Part shown: positions 50,334-60,758 of the stretch, piece by piece
How the letters are laid out: each line of letters opens with the position of its first letter
Position numbering within the stretch: position 1 is the stretch's first letter
Origin: Nostoc sp. DedSLP01
GTDB taxonomy: Bacteria; Cyanobacteriota; Cyanobacteriia; Cyanobacteriales; Nostocaceae
NCBI GenBank assembly: GCA_034530875.2
Contig: JAVRCJ020000003.1
Span: 1-64,000 of the forward strand
Reading direction: 5' to 3'
Length of the DNA stretch: 64,000 nucleotides
Position numbers and translations under genes: made by a program
The notes under the pieces: generated by a model
Told to the model about the DNA's origin: nothing
Database searches by the model: none
The model's input: only the letters and a program-made list of their open reading frames with translations

Positions 50334-52202
50334 ATGAATGCATCTGAAATTGTAGAAAATCTTACCCAACAAGGCGTTCAGCTTTGGGCTGATAATGGCA
50401 AACTCAAAATTAACTCTCCCAAAGGGATTTTAACGCCAGAATTGCGCACAGAAATTGCTCAACGCAAACCAGAAATCCTCAAGTTTTTAAGTCAAAATAA
50501 CCAAACCATCAGCGATAATTGTGCTACTCAGACCGAAGATCTGAGCTTACAAACAATTGGTCGTTTGATTGGAGGATTTTGTAATGGTTCTAGTATAGGC
50601 TTTAAAGCCCCAGTCATCGATTCCAAAGCAATGGCGAAAAAGTTGGTCATCACTTTCCGTCCGTTGCCGCAAGGATACAAAAATGATGCGATTATTAAAT
50701 TTAGAGAAAAATTAGAACTCAAATTTCAGAGTTACGGCATTAAAATTGAACCTTGGGAACAAGCAACAAAAGAGTTTTCCTACGAACTGAAGCTACCATT
50801 TACCAATTGGAAGAAAAGCATCAAAACAAGAGTTATCAAATCTGGCATTAGTGCAGTAGTTGATGTTGAAAGACATCCTAACTTCACAGGAAAATTAAAA
50901 ATTTTTACTGCTGAAAAGCTATATCAAGGCTACTCTCGTTTTATTTTAAAAAATCAAAAAATGTCAGTCTCGAAAATTGCTCAATTTATTAGCTGGGCAG
51001 AAGAAAATATCCGCCCGGCTGAAGACCCTACAAATACTCAAGTAATCGTACTTACAGAGCCAGACGAAAAATTTAGCGATCCCAAAATTCCTTACGAACA
51101 AAAAATTCCCATTGGTATTAGTACTTTAGTTAGAACATTTTCTGAGATTGTCATCGGAGTTTCTCATACTCAGATTTCTATCCTCAATATGAATCTTTCC
51201 GATTCAAAATTTCCTATAGATAATATAGATGAATTCGTTTTAAAATCATTAGTTCCGAAGATTTACGTGCCGATAATGCCACTATCAATGAGTCGATTTG
51301 AAGTGGGAGAATATGACTCAAAGCAATCTGAATATGCGGCAAAATTGGTGAAATTAGGTCAAGAATTAGCATCAACAGGTTTACTTCCTGCTGGCTTTAA
51401 GATTGATAACGTTATTAAAAGAAAGTCACACAGAGATATTGTTGACTGGATGGCTAAAGGACGGACGGGAGTTTCCTATGGTTTTGTTGCTTATGCCGAA
51501 CCACCGCAATATGTAGGGCCAGTTGAAATCTCAGCTAAAGAATGGGAAAGCCTTGCATCTGTAGATGGGTTTAGTAATAACGAACTGCGTCAGAATGAAA
51601 GCGGTAGAAAGTATATCAGAACCAAAATCGGTCAAGAATGGAAGTTTAAGCAAATTCCCGATATTTGGCTTGTATGCTCTCGTTCTGGCTCTAATAAAAC
51701 AAACTTGAATCTTGAAACCGACGTTCTCCGCATTGGGTTAAAAGGTAATTTATTACTCCAATTGCCACAAGGAAACGATTTAGCAGCAGCGGATATCAAG
51801 CCTTCTTACGATATTTATGTGATGATTGCTATGACTCTTGCAGCCGCATTGTATGCACCTGCACTGCTAGAAAATGGCGCACCTATGGTTCATTTTCATG
51901 GATATCCATCAAAAGAATGGTTCCAAAAAAATGAATACTGCACTGGAGTTGAGAATCCATCAGTACCTTGTGGAACTTACGAGGCAGGCGTTTTTAACTT
52001 CTTAGGCATTCGTCAATTGGCTGAGCAAAGTAACAGCAAGTTTGCCTTAGGTAGTTTGATAGAACCAGATCATGGAACCAACTTTATCGCACCCGATCTC
52101 ACGTATATCGTAGACAGGCTCAAAGCAGGAATTGAACAGGGACAAATCGAATTAGGCGGCAAGTATTTGGTGTCCTTAAAAGAAAACTTAGCTCTTAATT
52201 AA
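50334..52202 (+). CDS. TubC_N (beta-hairpin docking) domain + unknown domain + class II aldolase/adducin-like C-terminus
   Basis: N-terminus LTQQGVQLWADNGKLKINSPKGILTPELRTEIAQRKPEILKFL; C-terminal KPSYD, VHFHG, PCGT, EPDHG; ATG 50334 preceded by AGGAAG. Confidence 0.65.
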   Translation: MNASEIVENLTQQGVQLWADNGKLKINSPKGILTPELRTEIAQRKPEILKFLSQNNQTISDNCATQTEDLSLQTIGRLIGGFCNGSSIGFKAPVIDSKAMAKKLVITFRPLPQGYKNDAIIKFREKLELKFQSYGIKIEPWEQATKEFSYELKLPFTNWKKSIKTRVIKSGISAVVDVERHPNFTGKLKIFTAEKLYQGYSRFILKNQKMSVSKIAQFISWAEENIRPAEDPTNTQVIVLTEPDEKFSDPKIPYEQKIPIGISTLVRTFSEIVIGVSHTQISILNMNLSDSKFPIDNIDEFVLKSLVPKIYVPIMPLSMSRFEVGEYDSKQSEYAAKLVKLGQELASTGLLPAGFKIDNVIKRKSHRDIVDWMAKGRTGVSYGFVAYAEPPQYVGPVEISAKEWESLASVDGFSNNELRQNESGRKYIRTKIGQEWKFKQIPDIWLVCSRSGSNKTNLNLETDVLRIGLKGNLLLQLPQGNDLAAADIKPSYDIYVMIAMTLAAALYAPALLENGAPMVHFHGYPSKEWFQKNEYCTGVENPSVPCGTYEAGVFNFLGIRQLAEQSNSKFALGSLIEPDHGTNFIAPDLTYIVDRLKAGIEQGQIELGGKYLVSLKENLALN

Positions 52203-52274
52203 TCTTTGATTTGTAAGAGACTCTAGTGTGTTGCGATCGCCAGCAAAATTTACCTTAGAAAGATGTGAGTAATC

Positions 52275-53153
52275 ATGACAGCTATAGCAGGTAAAACGGT
52301 ACTTTTAACGGGAGCTTCCCGCGGTCTTGGTGTATTCATTGCTCGTGCTTTAGCAAAAGAAGGTGCAACGATAATCGGCGTTTCTCGTTCCAAGGAGAAA
52401 CTAGAAAAAGTAGGCCTTGAAATCAATGCTTTAGGCTCTAAAGGGATAAGCATTCCCTTTGATATTAGTCAGGTAGAGCAATTGCCGGATCTCTTACAAG
52501 AGGTGAATCAGCTTGCAGGCCCCGTTGATATTCTAATCAATAATGCTGGCATAGAAATTTACCGAGCTTTTCAAGATTACTCGCTTGCAGAACTAAAGTC
52601 AGTATTATCAATTAATTTACTGGCTGCTATGGAATTAACGCGTTTGCTTTTGCCAAGCATGTTACGCCAGCGTAGCGGTCACATTGTCAATATTGCTTCT
52701 TTAGGTGGTAAAAAAGGATCTCCTTACGACAGCATTTATTGTTCTAGTAAAGCTGGGTTGCTGATTTTTAGCGATGCACTTAGGCAAGAATTGGCTGGTA
52801 CTGGTGTAGAAATATCAGCTATTTCTCCAGGATATATAGCCGAATTTGGTATGTTTGCTGATACTCACGTACCTGCACCAGAACTTGCAGGTAAGTCTGC
52901 ACCAGAACAGGTAGTAAAAGCAGTAATTAAAGCTATTAGGGAAAATAAGGCGGAAGTGATTGTCAATCAAGATTCTATGACAGAAGTTTTGACGAAATTA
53001 CTATTTGCGGTTGAGCAATTTTTTCCTCGCTTTGGAGATGCGGTTCATCAGCGGTTAGGTGTAGGAGAGTTAAACAAAATGCGTGTAAAAAATCAAATAA
53101 TTGCAAATATATCTAAAAACCAAGTTTATTTAGATAAAGTTTCAAATAAATGA
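52275..53153 (+). CDS. Short-chain dehydrogenase/reductase (classical, probably NADP(H))
   Basis: TGASRGLG, NNAG, catalytic S and YCSSK. Confidence 0.92.
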   Translation: MTAIAGKTVLLTGASRGLGVFIARALAKEGATIIGVSRSKEKLEKVGLEINALGSKGISIPFDISQVEQLPDLLQEVNQLAGPVDILINNAGIEIYRAFQDYSLAELKSVLSINLLAAMELTRLLLPSMLRQRSGHIVNIASLGGKKGSPYDSIYCSSKAGLLIFSDALRQELAGTGVEISAISPGYIAEFGMFADTHVPAPELAGKSAPEQVVKAVIKAIRENKAEVIVNQDSMTEVLTKLLFAVEQFFPRFGDAVHQRLGVGELNKMRVKNQIIANISKNQVYLDKVSNK

Positions 53154-53389
53154 AAAAGAATTCAAAATTCAACAATCTTTTAGTGTGGAATTCACCAAAA
53201 ATTCGAGTTAGTGTATTCCTGTCCTAGAGCGCAGGCTTCCGACGATATGAAATTTTCAAGACAGATATGCCACTAATATTCAAGAACATAATTAGCAATA
53301 ATCTTGTTCTTTCTGTCAAGATTTGAGTCATCAATAAAGTGCATTTAAACATTAAAGAACATGAAGACAATAATAGGGAGATTAATTGA

Positions 53390-54664
53390 ATGAGCTATTA
53401 CACTCTTGCTTTTATCTTCACTACTTTTCCCCCTGAAGTAAGTGGTTCGTCACAATTTAACTGGGAGCGCGTACAATGGTTGGCACAACAAGGAATATAC
53501 CGTGTTGTTGTACTGACACCAGATTGCCAAAACCCATCAGCTTTGCCATCAGTACCATCAGATTTGTGTGAAAGGTTAATTATTGAAAGCTATCCCTCAA
53601 AACCTTGGCTTCCTTATGAACTGAATTATGTACCTACAGTAGCAGCAGAACGTCAAATTAGCGAGAGGTTGGCTTATTACAAACCACATCTAATTACTCT
53701 AGTGGATATAGAGAGGGCTTTCTTGTTTAGTACATGGCAATTCCCTGGCAAACGCTATGCAAAAGAAAACCAGATTCCATATATTACCGAATACCAAACA
53801 GATTATTACAATTTTGCAGGTAGCTATCCTGCTTGGCAATTTTTACGAGACTTAGTTATCCGTCCTTTGACCAACTATTTATATAGTCGATTCGATACCA
53901 CATTAGTTCCTAGTAAATTAGTCAAGAACAATCTCCAAAAAATTGGAATTAAAAATTCTCTCTTTGTACCCTTTTTTGGTATCGATATTTCCTTGTATAG
54001 CCCCCAGCGACGGAATCGAAAATTATTGGATAAGTGGTTAAGTGACGAGGAAAAAGATAACAAAGTTTTACTTTTTTTAGGGCGTTTGAGTTTAGAAAAA
54101 CGAGTGGATTTATTGATAGAAGCATTTGCAAGGTTAAAAACTAGACAAGAAAAGTATTCTTTGATAATTGCTGGAGATGGGCCTGCTGCTGCTGTCAAAA
54201 AATTAAAGAGCCTTGCTGCCTCTATTTCCAACATCCATTTTACAGGTTTTATTCACGGAGAAGAAAAAGCAAATTTGTTAGCTTCATGTGATGTATTTTG
54301 CAACCCTTCACCTTACGAAACTTTCGGACGAACAGTTGTGGAAGCCATGGCTTCAGGGATACCAACTGTAACTGTTAATAGCGGTGCAGTTTCTGAATAC
54401 GCAATTGATAATGTAAATTCCTATCTTGTCCCACATGATAATGTTGAAGAGTTCGCCAATACCATTGAAAAAGCCTTGTTTAAAGATAATACAGCAATAA
54501 TTAACCGCGCTCTAGAAGATGCCAATCAGCTCTCTAGCAAACAAGGATGCAAAAATCTTAATGAGTATTATCAACATTTATTAGGATTGTATAGTAATCC
54601 GCAAATAAATGCAAAAAAACTAACCGAAAATCGAGTTTATTTAGAGCAAGTTTCTCATAAATAA
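53390..54664 (+). CDS. GT4-family glycosyltransferase
   Basis: FLGRLSLEKRVD, IAGDGP, PSPYETFGRTVVEAMASG. Confidence 0.9.
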   Translation: MSYYTLAFIFTTFPPEVSGSSQFNWERVQWLAQQGIYRVVVLTPDCQNPSALPSVPSDLCERLIIESYPSKPWLPYELNYVPTVAAERQISERLAYYKPHLITLVDIERAFLFSTWQFPGKRYAKENQIPYITEYQTDYYNFAGSYPAWQFLRDLVIRPLTNYLYSRFDTTLVPSKLVKNNLQKIGIKNSLFVPFFGIDISLYSPQRRNRKLLDKWLSDEEKDNKVLLFLGRLSLEKRVDLLIEAFARLKTRQEKYSLIIAGDGPAAAVKKLKSLAASISNIHFTGFIHGEEKANLLASCDVFCNPSPYETFGRTVVEAMASGIPTVTVNSGAVSEYAIDNVNSYLVPHDNVEEFANTIEKALFKDNTAIINRALEDANQLSSKQGCKNLNEYYQHLLGLYSNPQINAKKLTENRVYLEQVSHK

Positions 54665-54684
54665 ACAATCAATCGCAATTAAAA

Positions 54685-54723
54685 TTATAGAGACTAAATA
54701 CAATAGTCTCTATAAATTTTTTA
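54685..54723 (+). terminator. Intra-cluster hairpin with T tail
   Basis: TTATAGAGACTA-N7-TAGTCTCTATAA then ATTTTTTT; resembles the GTAGAGAC REP family. Confidence 0.55.
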
Positions 54724-54761
54724 CTGTTTGATGTAGCATAGATATCAAAAATTTTCCCAAC

Positions 54762-56288
54762 ATGACTAATACTCACTATGATGTCATAATTATAGGAACT
54801 GGTGCTGGTGGTGGAACTTTATTACATCGGTTAGCACCAAGCGGTAAGAAAATTTTAGTATTAGAAAGAGGTAATTTTCTCCCTAGAGAAAAAGCTAACT
54901 GGAGTTCAAAAGAAGTTAATCAAAATCGCCGCTATTCTACATCAGAGACATGGTACGATAAAAACGATAAAGCTGTGCATCCGATAACGCATTATTATGT
55001 CGGAGGTAACACCAAATTTTATGCCAGTGCATTACAGAGATTTCGCCAACGAGATTTTGAAAAAGTTATTCATGAAGGTGGTATTTCGCCAGAATGGCCG
55101 TTAAAATATAACGACTTTGCCCCCTACTACACCCAAGCGGAAAAACTCTATGAAGTCCACGGTAAACGCGGTCTAGATCCCACTGAACCAGACACTACTG
55201 AGGAATACCCGTTTCCAGCAATCAGTCACGAACCCTACGTGCAAGAAATCCACGATCGCTTAAAGGATAACTTCTTGCACCCATTTTTTGTACCTCTTGG
55301 GATTAAACTGAATGAAGCCCAGCGTCATTTAAGCGCCTGTATTCGCTGTGATACTTGCGATTGCTTCCCATGTTTAATCAATGGTAAATCTGATGCCGAT
55401 ATTAACTGTGTACGTCCGGCAATGACTCATGCAGATATTACCTTACTAACTCAAGCAAAAGTTTTACGTCTGCATACGAGTGCATCAGGTCGTGAAATAA
55501 CTGGAGTAGAAGCACAAATCGGCGCTCAACGTCAAATATTTTCTGCGGATATTGTTGTTGTTGCATGTGGAGCAATTAATTCGGCAGTTTTGTTACTCCA
55601 GTCTGCTAACGAGCGACATCCCAACGGATTAGCTAATAGTTCTAATCTCGTAGGGCGTAACTATATGTATCATAACAACGGTGTTGTCATCAGTTTATCA
55701 CAGCAACAAAAGCCGACAGTTTTTTCCAAAACACTGGCTATATATGATTTTTATTGGGGTGATAAAGAATTTCCTTTCCCAATGGGAATCGTGCATTCGC
55801 GGGGTAGTGTCGATAAAGATTTAATAGCCACGTATGGGCCGCCTTTTATGCCTAGCTTCATACCTGAAGAGTTATCAAAATATTCCTTTAGTTGGTGGAT
55901 TATCTCAGAAGATTTACCAGATATTAATAATCGCGTCTGGATTAAAGATAATAAAATCGTGCTTGATTGTACTAACAACAATATGCAAGCATTTAATCGT
56001 TTAATGCAGCGTTGGGTTGAAACATTAAAATTAATCAATCAAGGTAAATCTTTATATTTTAAACATCGAATTGGGCTAGAAGGTGTTGCACATCAATGCG
56101 GTACTTGTGTTTTTGGCGAAGATCCAACCACTTCAGTTCTGAATTTGAATTGCTGCACCCATGATGTTGAAAACCTTTACGTTGTTGATGGCAGTTTTTT
56201 CCCTTCATGTGCTGCTGTAAATCCTTCACTAACGATTATGGCAAATGCCTTACGTGTTGGAGACCATTTGTTAAAAGTACTCGCCTAA
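54762..56288 (+). CDS. GMC-family FAD oxidoreductase
   Basis: IIGTGAGGG, VGGNTKFY, CxxCxxC, HQCGTC, VVDGSFFP, NPSLTI. Confidence 0.9.
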   Translation: MTNTHYDVIIIGTGAGGGTLLHRLAPSGKKILVLERGNFLPREKANWSSKEVNQNRRYSTSETWYDKNDKAVHPITHYYVGGNTKFYASALQRFRQRDFEKVIHEGGISPEWPLKYNDFAPYYTQAEKLYEVHGKRGLDPTEPDTTEEYPFPAISHEPYVQEIHDRLKDNFLHPFFVPLGIKLNEAQRHLSACIRCDTCDCFPCLINGKSDADINCVRPAMTHADITLLTQAKVLRLHTSASGREITGVEAQIGAQRQIFSADIVVVACGAINSAVLLLQSANERHPNGLANSSNLVGRNYMYHNNGVVISLSQQQKPTVFSKTLAIYDFYWGDKEFPFPMGIVHSRGSVDKDLIATYGPPFMPSFIPEELSKYSFSWWIISEDLPDINNRVWIKDNKIVLDCTNNNMQAFNRLMQRWVETLKLINQGKSLYFKHRIGLEGVAHQCGTCVFGEDPTTSVLNLNCCTHDVENLYVVDGSFFPSCAAVNPSLTIMANALRVGDHLLKVLA

Positions 56289-56432
56289 TAAGTTTGGGTG
56301 TAAAAATAGCCTTCTTTTGTGATTCTGGCTGAAAAATATACTTTGGAAAAAAAAGTTTAATTGAAATAAACGTTTCGCAAAATAATTCCAAAGCAAAAAT
56401 CAAGAAATTCAAGAGAACTGAGGTGAAATCAG

Positions 56433-57587
56433 ATGAAAAAAGTGCATTTAATGATATATGATTTAGGCGCAGGTCACCGGAGTACAGCTAATGCTTTGAA
56501 AGAAGTTATCGAAAAACGAAAATTGTCATGGGAAATTAAAATTGTTGATGTCTTTAAAGAAATTTTTGGCACGACTACGCCCCACTATATCTACAACAAT
56601 TTTGTATTGAAAAAAAAATGGGCAAGACTTATTAATGATTCTCTATCTGTACCTTTTTTCAAGCAGCAAATTCGCTTCAACCATAATGCTTGGCAAAAGC
56701 TTCTGAGAAATTATTGGCGGCAGCACCAGCCTGATATGGTAGTTTCATTGCTTCCACTTGTGAACCGAGTGCTTTACGAAAGCTTACAGGCAGAACTGCC
56801 AGGTACTCCCTTTGTGACTTCCATGACGGATTTTGCTGATTCTCCCCCTAACTTTTGGATAGAAAAGCAAGAGCAATATCTCATTTGTCCTTCTGAGAAA
56901 GCAGTTCACCAAGCCGAATCTTGCGGTTATCCAGAAAACAGAATTTTCCGCACTTCAGGAATAATTATCCAGCCTCGTTTTAATCAGCCTATTACTATCG
57001 ATCGCTACATTCAAAGACAACGCTTGGGACTAGATCCAAATTTACCCACCGGCTTAGTTATATTTGGTAGTCACGGCTCAAAGGAAATGATCGAGATTAC
57101 CGAGAGTATAGAGCAATCATCGCTGAAGTTGCAACTCATATTTATATGCGGACGTAATGAAAAACTAGCAACAGATTTGCAAAATCGTCAAAGCCGCTTA
57201 CCCAAGTTTGTGGAAAACTTTACTACTCAAATTCCTTACTATATGCATTTGTCCGATTTCTTCATTGGCAAACCGGGTAGTGTCGGTATTAGTGAAGCTG
57301 TGGCAATGAATTTGCCAGTAATTACAGAATGTAATGCTTTAACGCTCCATCAAGAAAAACCCACAACTGAGTGGCTGGCAAGTAATGAGTTCGGAATTGT
57401 AGTTAATAATTTTCGCAAAGATATCACTCAAGCGATCGCACAGCTCATTGAGCCAGAAAATTTTGCTCGCTATCAGGCTAATGTCAGAGCTTACAATAAT
57501 CAGGCTGTATTTGAAGTGGCTGATATTTTGGCAGGCATCCTGGAATCCCAGACTACTCACAATCGCCTCGTGGCTCAAAGAGCTTGA
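56433..57587 (+). CDS. GT28/MGDG-synthase-like glycosyltransferase
   Basis: GAGHRSTA, TDF, ICGRNEKL, SDFFIGKPG, ISEA, QE. Confidence 0.85.
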   Translation: MKKVHLMIYDLGAGHRSTANALKEVIEKRKLSWEIKIVDVFKEIFGTTTPHYIYNNFVLKKKWARLINDSLSVPFFKQQIRFNHNAWQKLLRNYWRQHQPDMVVSLLPLVNRVLYESLQAELPGTPFVTSMTDFADSPPNFWIEKQEQYLICPSEKAVHQAESCGYPENRIFRTSGIIIQPRFNQPITIDRYIQRQRLGLDPNLPTGLVIFGSHGSKEMIEITESIEQSSLKLQLIFICGRNEKLATDLQNRQSRLPKFVENFTTQIPYYMHLSDFFIGKPGSVGISEAVAMNLPVITECNALTLHQEKPTTEWLASNEFGIVVNNFRKDITQAIAQLIEPENFARYQANVRAYNNQAVFEVADILAGILESQTTHNRLVAQRA

Positions 57588-57717
57588 CTTGAAAAACTCA
57601 CAAATCCTGTTTCTAACTTCTCAGAATTGCTCAAATCTGAATCTTTAAGCAGCAATCTCAGAGAAATTAAAACTATCAACATATCTGCGTTGTTTGCTAA
57701 ATAACCGAGTCAAAGAA

Positions 57718-58845
57718 ATGAGATTTGATTGGCTGATAATCGGAGCGGGATATTCAGCCTGTGTCATGGCTGAACGACTGGCAACTCAACTTGCACACAG
57801 GGTCTTAATTGTCGAGCAAAGAGATCGCATTGGCGGCAATGCCTATGACTACTACAACGAGCATGGCATTTTAACTCATAAATACGGGCCTCACATCTTT
57901 CACACTAAGTCGAAAAAAGTCTGGGATTATCTCTCTCAATTTACAGAATGGAGACACTACTATCACCATGTGCTAGGAGTAGTGGAAGGTAAGAAAGTTC
58001 CCATTCCTTTTAACCTCAATTCCCTTTATGCTCTTTTTCCTCCAAAGTATGCAGAAAAACTAGAAAATTTACTTCTAGAAAACTTTGGTTTTGGGGTAAA
58101 AGTACCAATTTTAAAACTGCGTGAAAGTGCCAGCGGTGACCTAGCTTTTTTAGCTGATTATATTTATGAAAATATTTTCCTCCGCTACACCATGAAGCAG
58201 TGGGGAGTGAAACCAGAGGAATTGGATCGAGGAGTAACCGGACGCGTTCCAGTCTACATCAGTCGGGATAACCGCTACTTTCAAGACCCTTACCAAGCTA
58301 TGCCGAAACTTGGCTACACCGAAATGTTCCGTCGAATGTTGGCTCACCCCAATATTAAGGTGCTTTTAAATACAGATTATCGAGAAATCATCAACGACGT
58401 TAAATTTAATCGCATACTTTGCACTGGGCCGATTGATACTTTTTTTGATTATATGTATGGCGAGTTACCTTATCGGAGTTTGCGCTTTGAATTTGAGACT
58501 TTAGATCGAGAGTGTTATCAAGAAGTTGGTACAGTCAATTATCCCAACGACTACGAAATCACCCGCATAACCGAGCAGAAGTATTTGTCAGGACAAACTT
58601 CTCCCAAAACTACCCTGGTGATGGAATATCCGCAAGCTTATATCCCAGGAAAAAACGATCCCTATTATCCCATCCTCAATGACGATAACCGCGATCGCCT
58701 GAACCTATATCTCAAAGAGGTAGAAAAACTCAACGGTACAGTATTGTTTGCAGGACGACTTGCAGATTACAAGTATTACGATATGGATCATGCAGTCCTT
58801 CGCGCACTGGGTTTGTTTGAGAAAGAAATAGCAAATTCAAAATAA
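57718..58845 (+). CDS. glf: UDP-galactopyranose mutase
   Basis: IIGAG, RIGGNAYD, HKYGPHIFHT, KQWG, RITE, YYP, GRLADYKYYDMD. Confidence 0.95.
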   Translation: MRFDWLIIGAGYSACVMAERLATQLAHRVLIVEQRDRIGGNAYDYYNEHGILTHKYGPHIFHTKSKKVWDYLSQFTEWRHYYHHVLGVVEGKKVPIPFNLNSLYALFPPKYAEKLENLLLENFGFGVKVPILKLRESASGDLAFLADYIYENIFLRYTMKQWGVKPEELDRGVTGRVPVYISRDNRYFQDPYQAMPKLGYTEMFRRMLAHPNIKVLLNTDYREIINDVKFNRILCTGPIDTFFDYMYGELPYRSLRFEFETLDRECYQEVGTVNYPNDYEITRITEQKYLSGQTSPKTTLVMEYPQAYIPGKNDPYYPILNDDNRDRLNLYLKEVEKLNGTVLFAGRLADYKYYDMDHAVLRALGLFEKEIANSK

Positions 58846-58860
58846 GGTCTGGGAAAAAAA

Positions 58861-58950
58861 GGGTATATGGGTATGAGGGTGTAGGGGTATAAGAGAAGAA
58901 GTGAATTTCCATTAACTCTTGTTCCATTACACCCTTACACCAATATACCC
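58861..58950. repeat. Inverted octamer-type repeat element between glf and the MFS gene
   Basis: gggtatat/gggtgtag units mirrored by acacccttacacc/atataccc. Confidence 0.6.
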
Positions 58951-59008
58951 AGACAATGTTTGTGCGTAAGTCCTGAGAAATTGCGAAGCATCTGGAGTGT
59001 TTTTAACG

Positions 59009-60550
59009 ATGAATCGATTTAGCGAACAAGCGATTGCGCTCTTGGTGATGGGTTTGGCACTTTTTATGGCAAATCTCGATGATACCGTCATGAATGTAGC
59101 GCTTCCCAAGATTCAAATTAGTCTAGGTTCCGATCTCTCGCAATTGCAGTGGATTCTTAACGCCTACACCCTGACTGCTGCTAGTTTAATATTGACGAGT
59201 GGGACATTGGGCGATATATATGGGCGCAAACGAATTTTCCTTACAGGCCTGGTAGTTTTCACAATTGCTTCTATAATTTGCAGTCTAGCTCCCAATTTAG
59301 GAATTTTGATTGCTGGGCGTACTTTTCAGGGAATCGGTGCTGCTGTCTTAGTAACAATTTCTCTGTCTATTCTCACTGAAAAGTTTCCTGAGCCAAAGCA
59401 GAGAGCTAAAGCTCTTGGTATCTGGGCTGGGATATCAGGAATAGCTCTGGTTGCCGGGCCTGTGCTTGGTGGGTTGTTAGTAGATAACTTGGGATGGCAG
59501 AGTGTGTTCTTTCTCAACGTGCCCCTTGGCGCGGTCGTTTTTTGGCTGACCTCCCGCGTTATCAGAGAAAGTAAAAATCCCGGAAAGCAGCGTCTTGATG
59601 TGCCAGGTTTGGTGTTGAGTATAGTGTTGCTGGCATCACTGACCTACGCACTTACCGAGGGTAACGCTGGCCTGTGGCGATCCCCGTTGATTGTTTTTTT
59701 GCTGGCGATGGCTGGATTGAGCCTTTTGGGTTTTTTGCTTGTTGAGTCCCGCAGTAGCCACCCAATGCTGCCACTACATTTATTCAATAACCCAACCTTT
59801 GCTGTAGTCAACATCGTCTCAGTTTTAGTGTTTTTCACTCTCGTCAGCTTGCTGTTCATCTTCAGCCTGTTTTTACAGCAAGTACAGGGTTACTCGGCGG
59901 CGGCTACTGGTGTGCGCTTTTTGCCGATGAATGCGGCTTTTGTAATTGCATCACTTTGTTCTGGGTGGTTCGCTGCTCGTTTGGGGTGGCGGTTTGGAAT
60001 TGCAACGGGACTATTGCTTGCAGGCATGGCTGCCTTATCGTTTATACAAGTAAATGCCGATACGGAGTATGGAGCCATCTGGTGGAAGCTTATTCTCTGT
60101 GGGTTTGGTGCTGGCTTAACACTAGCGCCTTTGACAGCAGCAGCCATGAGTACCGTAGCCCCGACTCAAACAGGAATTGCCTCAGGGATACTTAACACTA
60201 GTAACCGTCTCGGCAGTGTTCTGGGAGTTGCCCTACAGGGAACAATTTTGACACAACGCCTTGCTTCGGATTTGAGGCGATCGCTTTCTGCTTGGGATCT
60301 ACCCTCAAACCTAAAACAACAGCTTATTGTCGATGCTTTGCACGGTGCAGCGAAAGTTCCTAGCGACCTCCCAGGCAGTATTTCTGAGGTCGATCTGGAG
60401 CAAGCGATTAATAATGCCTTCGTATCAGGTCTACATGCAGCTATACTCGTAGCTAGTTTTGCCCTTCTAACTGGAGCATTTTTGATTCTGGTATTTGTTC
60501 AACCAACTTTTAAGGAAGCCACCAGCAATTCTCGTCTTTCTGTTAAGTAA
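59009..60550 (+). CDS. DHA2-type (EmrB/QacA-like) MFS efflux transporter
   Basis: LDDTVMNVALP, GTLGDIYGRKR, GRTFQGIG, GPVLGG, WQSVFFLNVPLG; many TM segments. Confidence 0.92.
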   Translation: MNRFSEQAIALLVMGLALFMANLDDTVMNVALPKIQISLGSDLSQLQWILNAYTLTAASLILTSGTLGDIYGRKRIFLTGLVVFTIASIICSLAPNLGILIAGRTFQGIGAAVLVTISLSILTEKFPEPKQRAKALGIWAGISGIALVAGPVLGGLLVDNLGWQSVFFLNVPLGAVVFWLTSRVIRESKNPGKQRLDVPGLVLSIVLLASLTYALTEGNAGLWRSPLIVFLLAMAGLSLLGFLLVESRSSHPMLPLHLFNNPTFAVVNIVSVLVFFTLVSLLFIFSLFLQQVQGYSAAATGVRFLPMNAAFVIASLCSGWFAARLGWRFGIATGLLLAGMAALSFIQVNADTEYGAIWWKLILCGFGAGLTLAPLTAAAMSTVAPTQTGIASGILNTSNRLGSVLGVALQGTILTQRLASDLRRSLSAWDLPSNLKQQLIVDALHGAAKVPSDLPGSISEVDLEQAINNAFVSGLHAAILVASFALLTGAFLILVFVQPTFKEATSNSRLSVK

Positions 60551-60719
60551 AGGTCAAATAGTAAATTTTAGAGGCAGATTTACAACAGGTAATACCAATT
60601 TGAAAAAAGAATGCGACAGATACATAAGCTCTAAATCTGTTGTTATAGGTAACTTTATTTTTTGAGAATTTCTACTCAATAAAAACCTAAATATTTTCAA
60701 TTAAGGATTTAAACAACTT

Positions 60720-60758
60720 GCTTATGTGATTTCCAAACCTGAAGTAGATTTAAAGTTA
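60720..60758 (+). pseudogene. Short relic of a paralog of the downstream beta-propeller gene
   Basis: 60729-60752 identical to 62316-62339; translates AYVISKPEVDLKL vs SFVISKPEVDLDL. Confidence 0.55.

Larger units (their letters stand above)
8..60284. repeat. HIP1 octamer GCGATCGC dispersed throughout the window
   Basis: Dozens of copies (e.g. 8-15, 36241-36248), including inside the biosynthetic cluster. Confidence 0.95.

Noticed and set aside
50259..52202. Calling this protein an NRPS because of its TubC_N domain, and using start 50259
   Set aside because: No HHxxxDG, adenylation core or PCP motifs; ATG 50334 has an RBS and begins the docking domain
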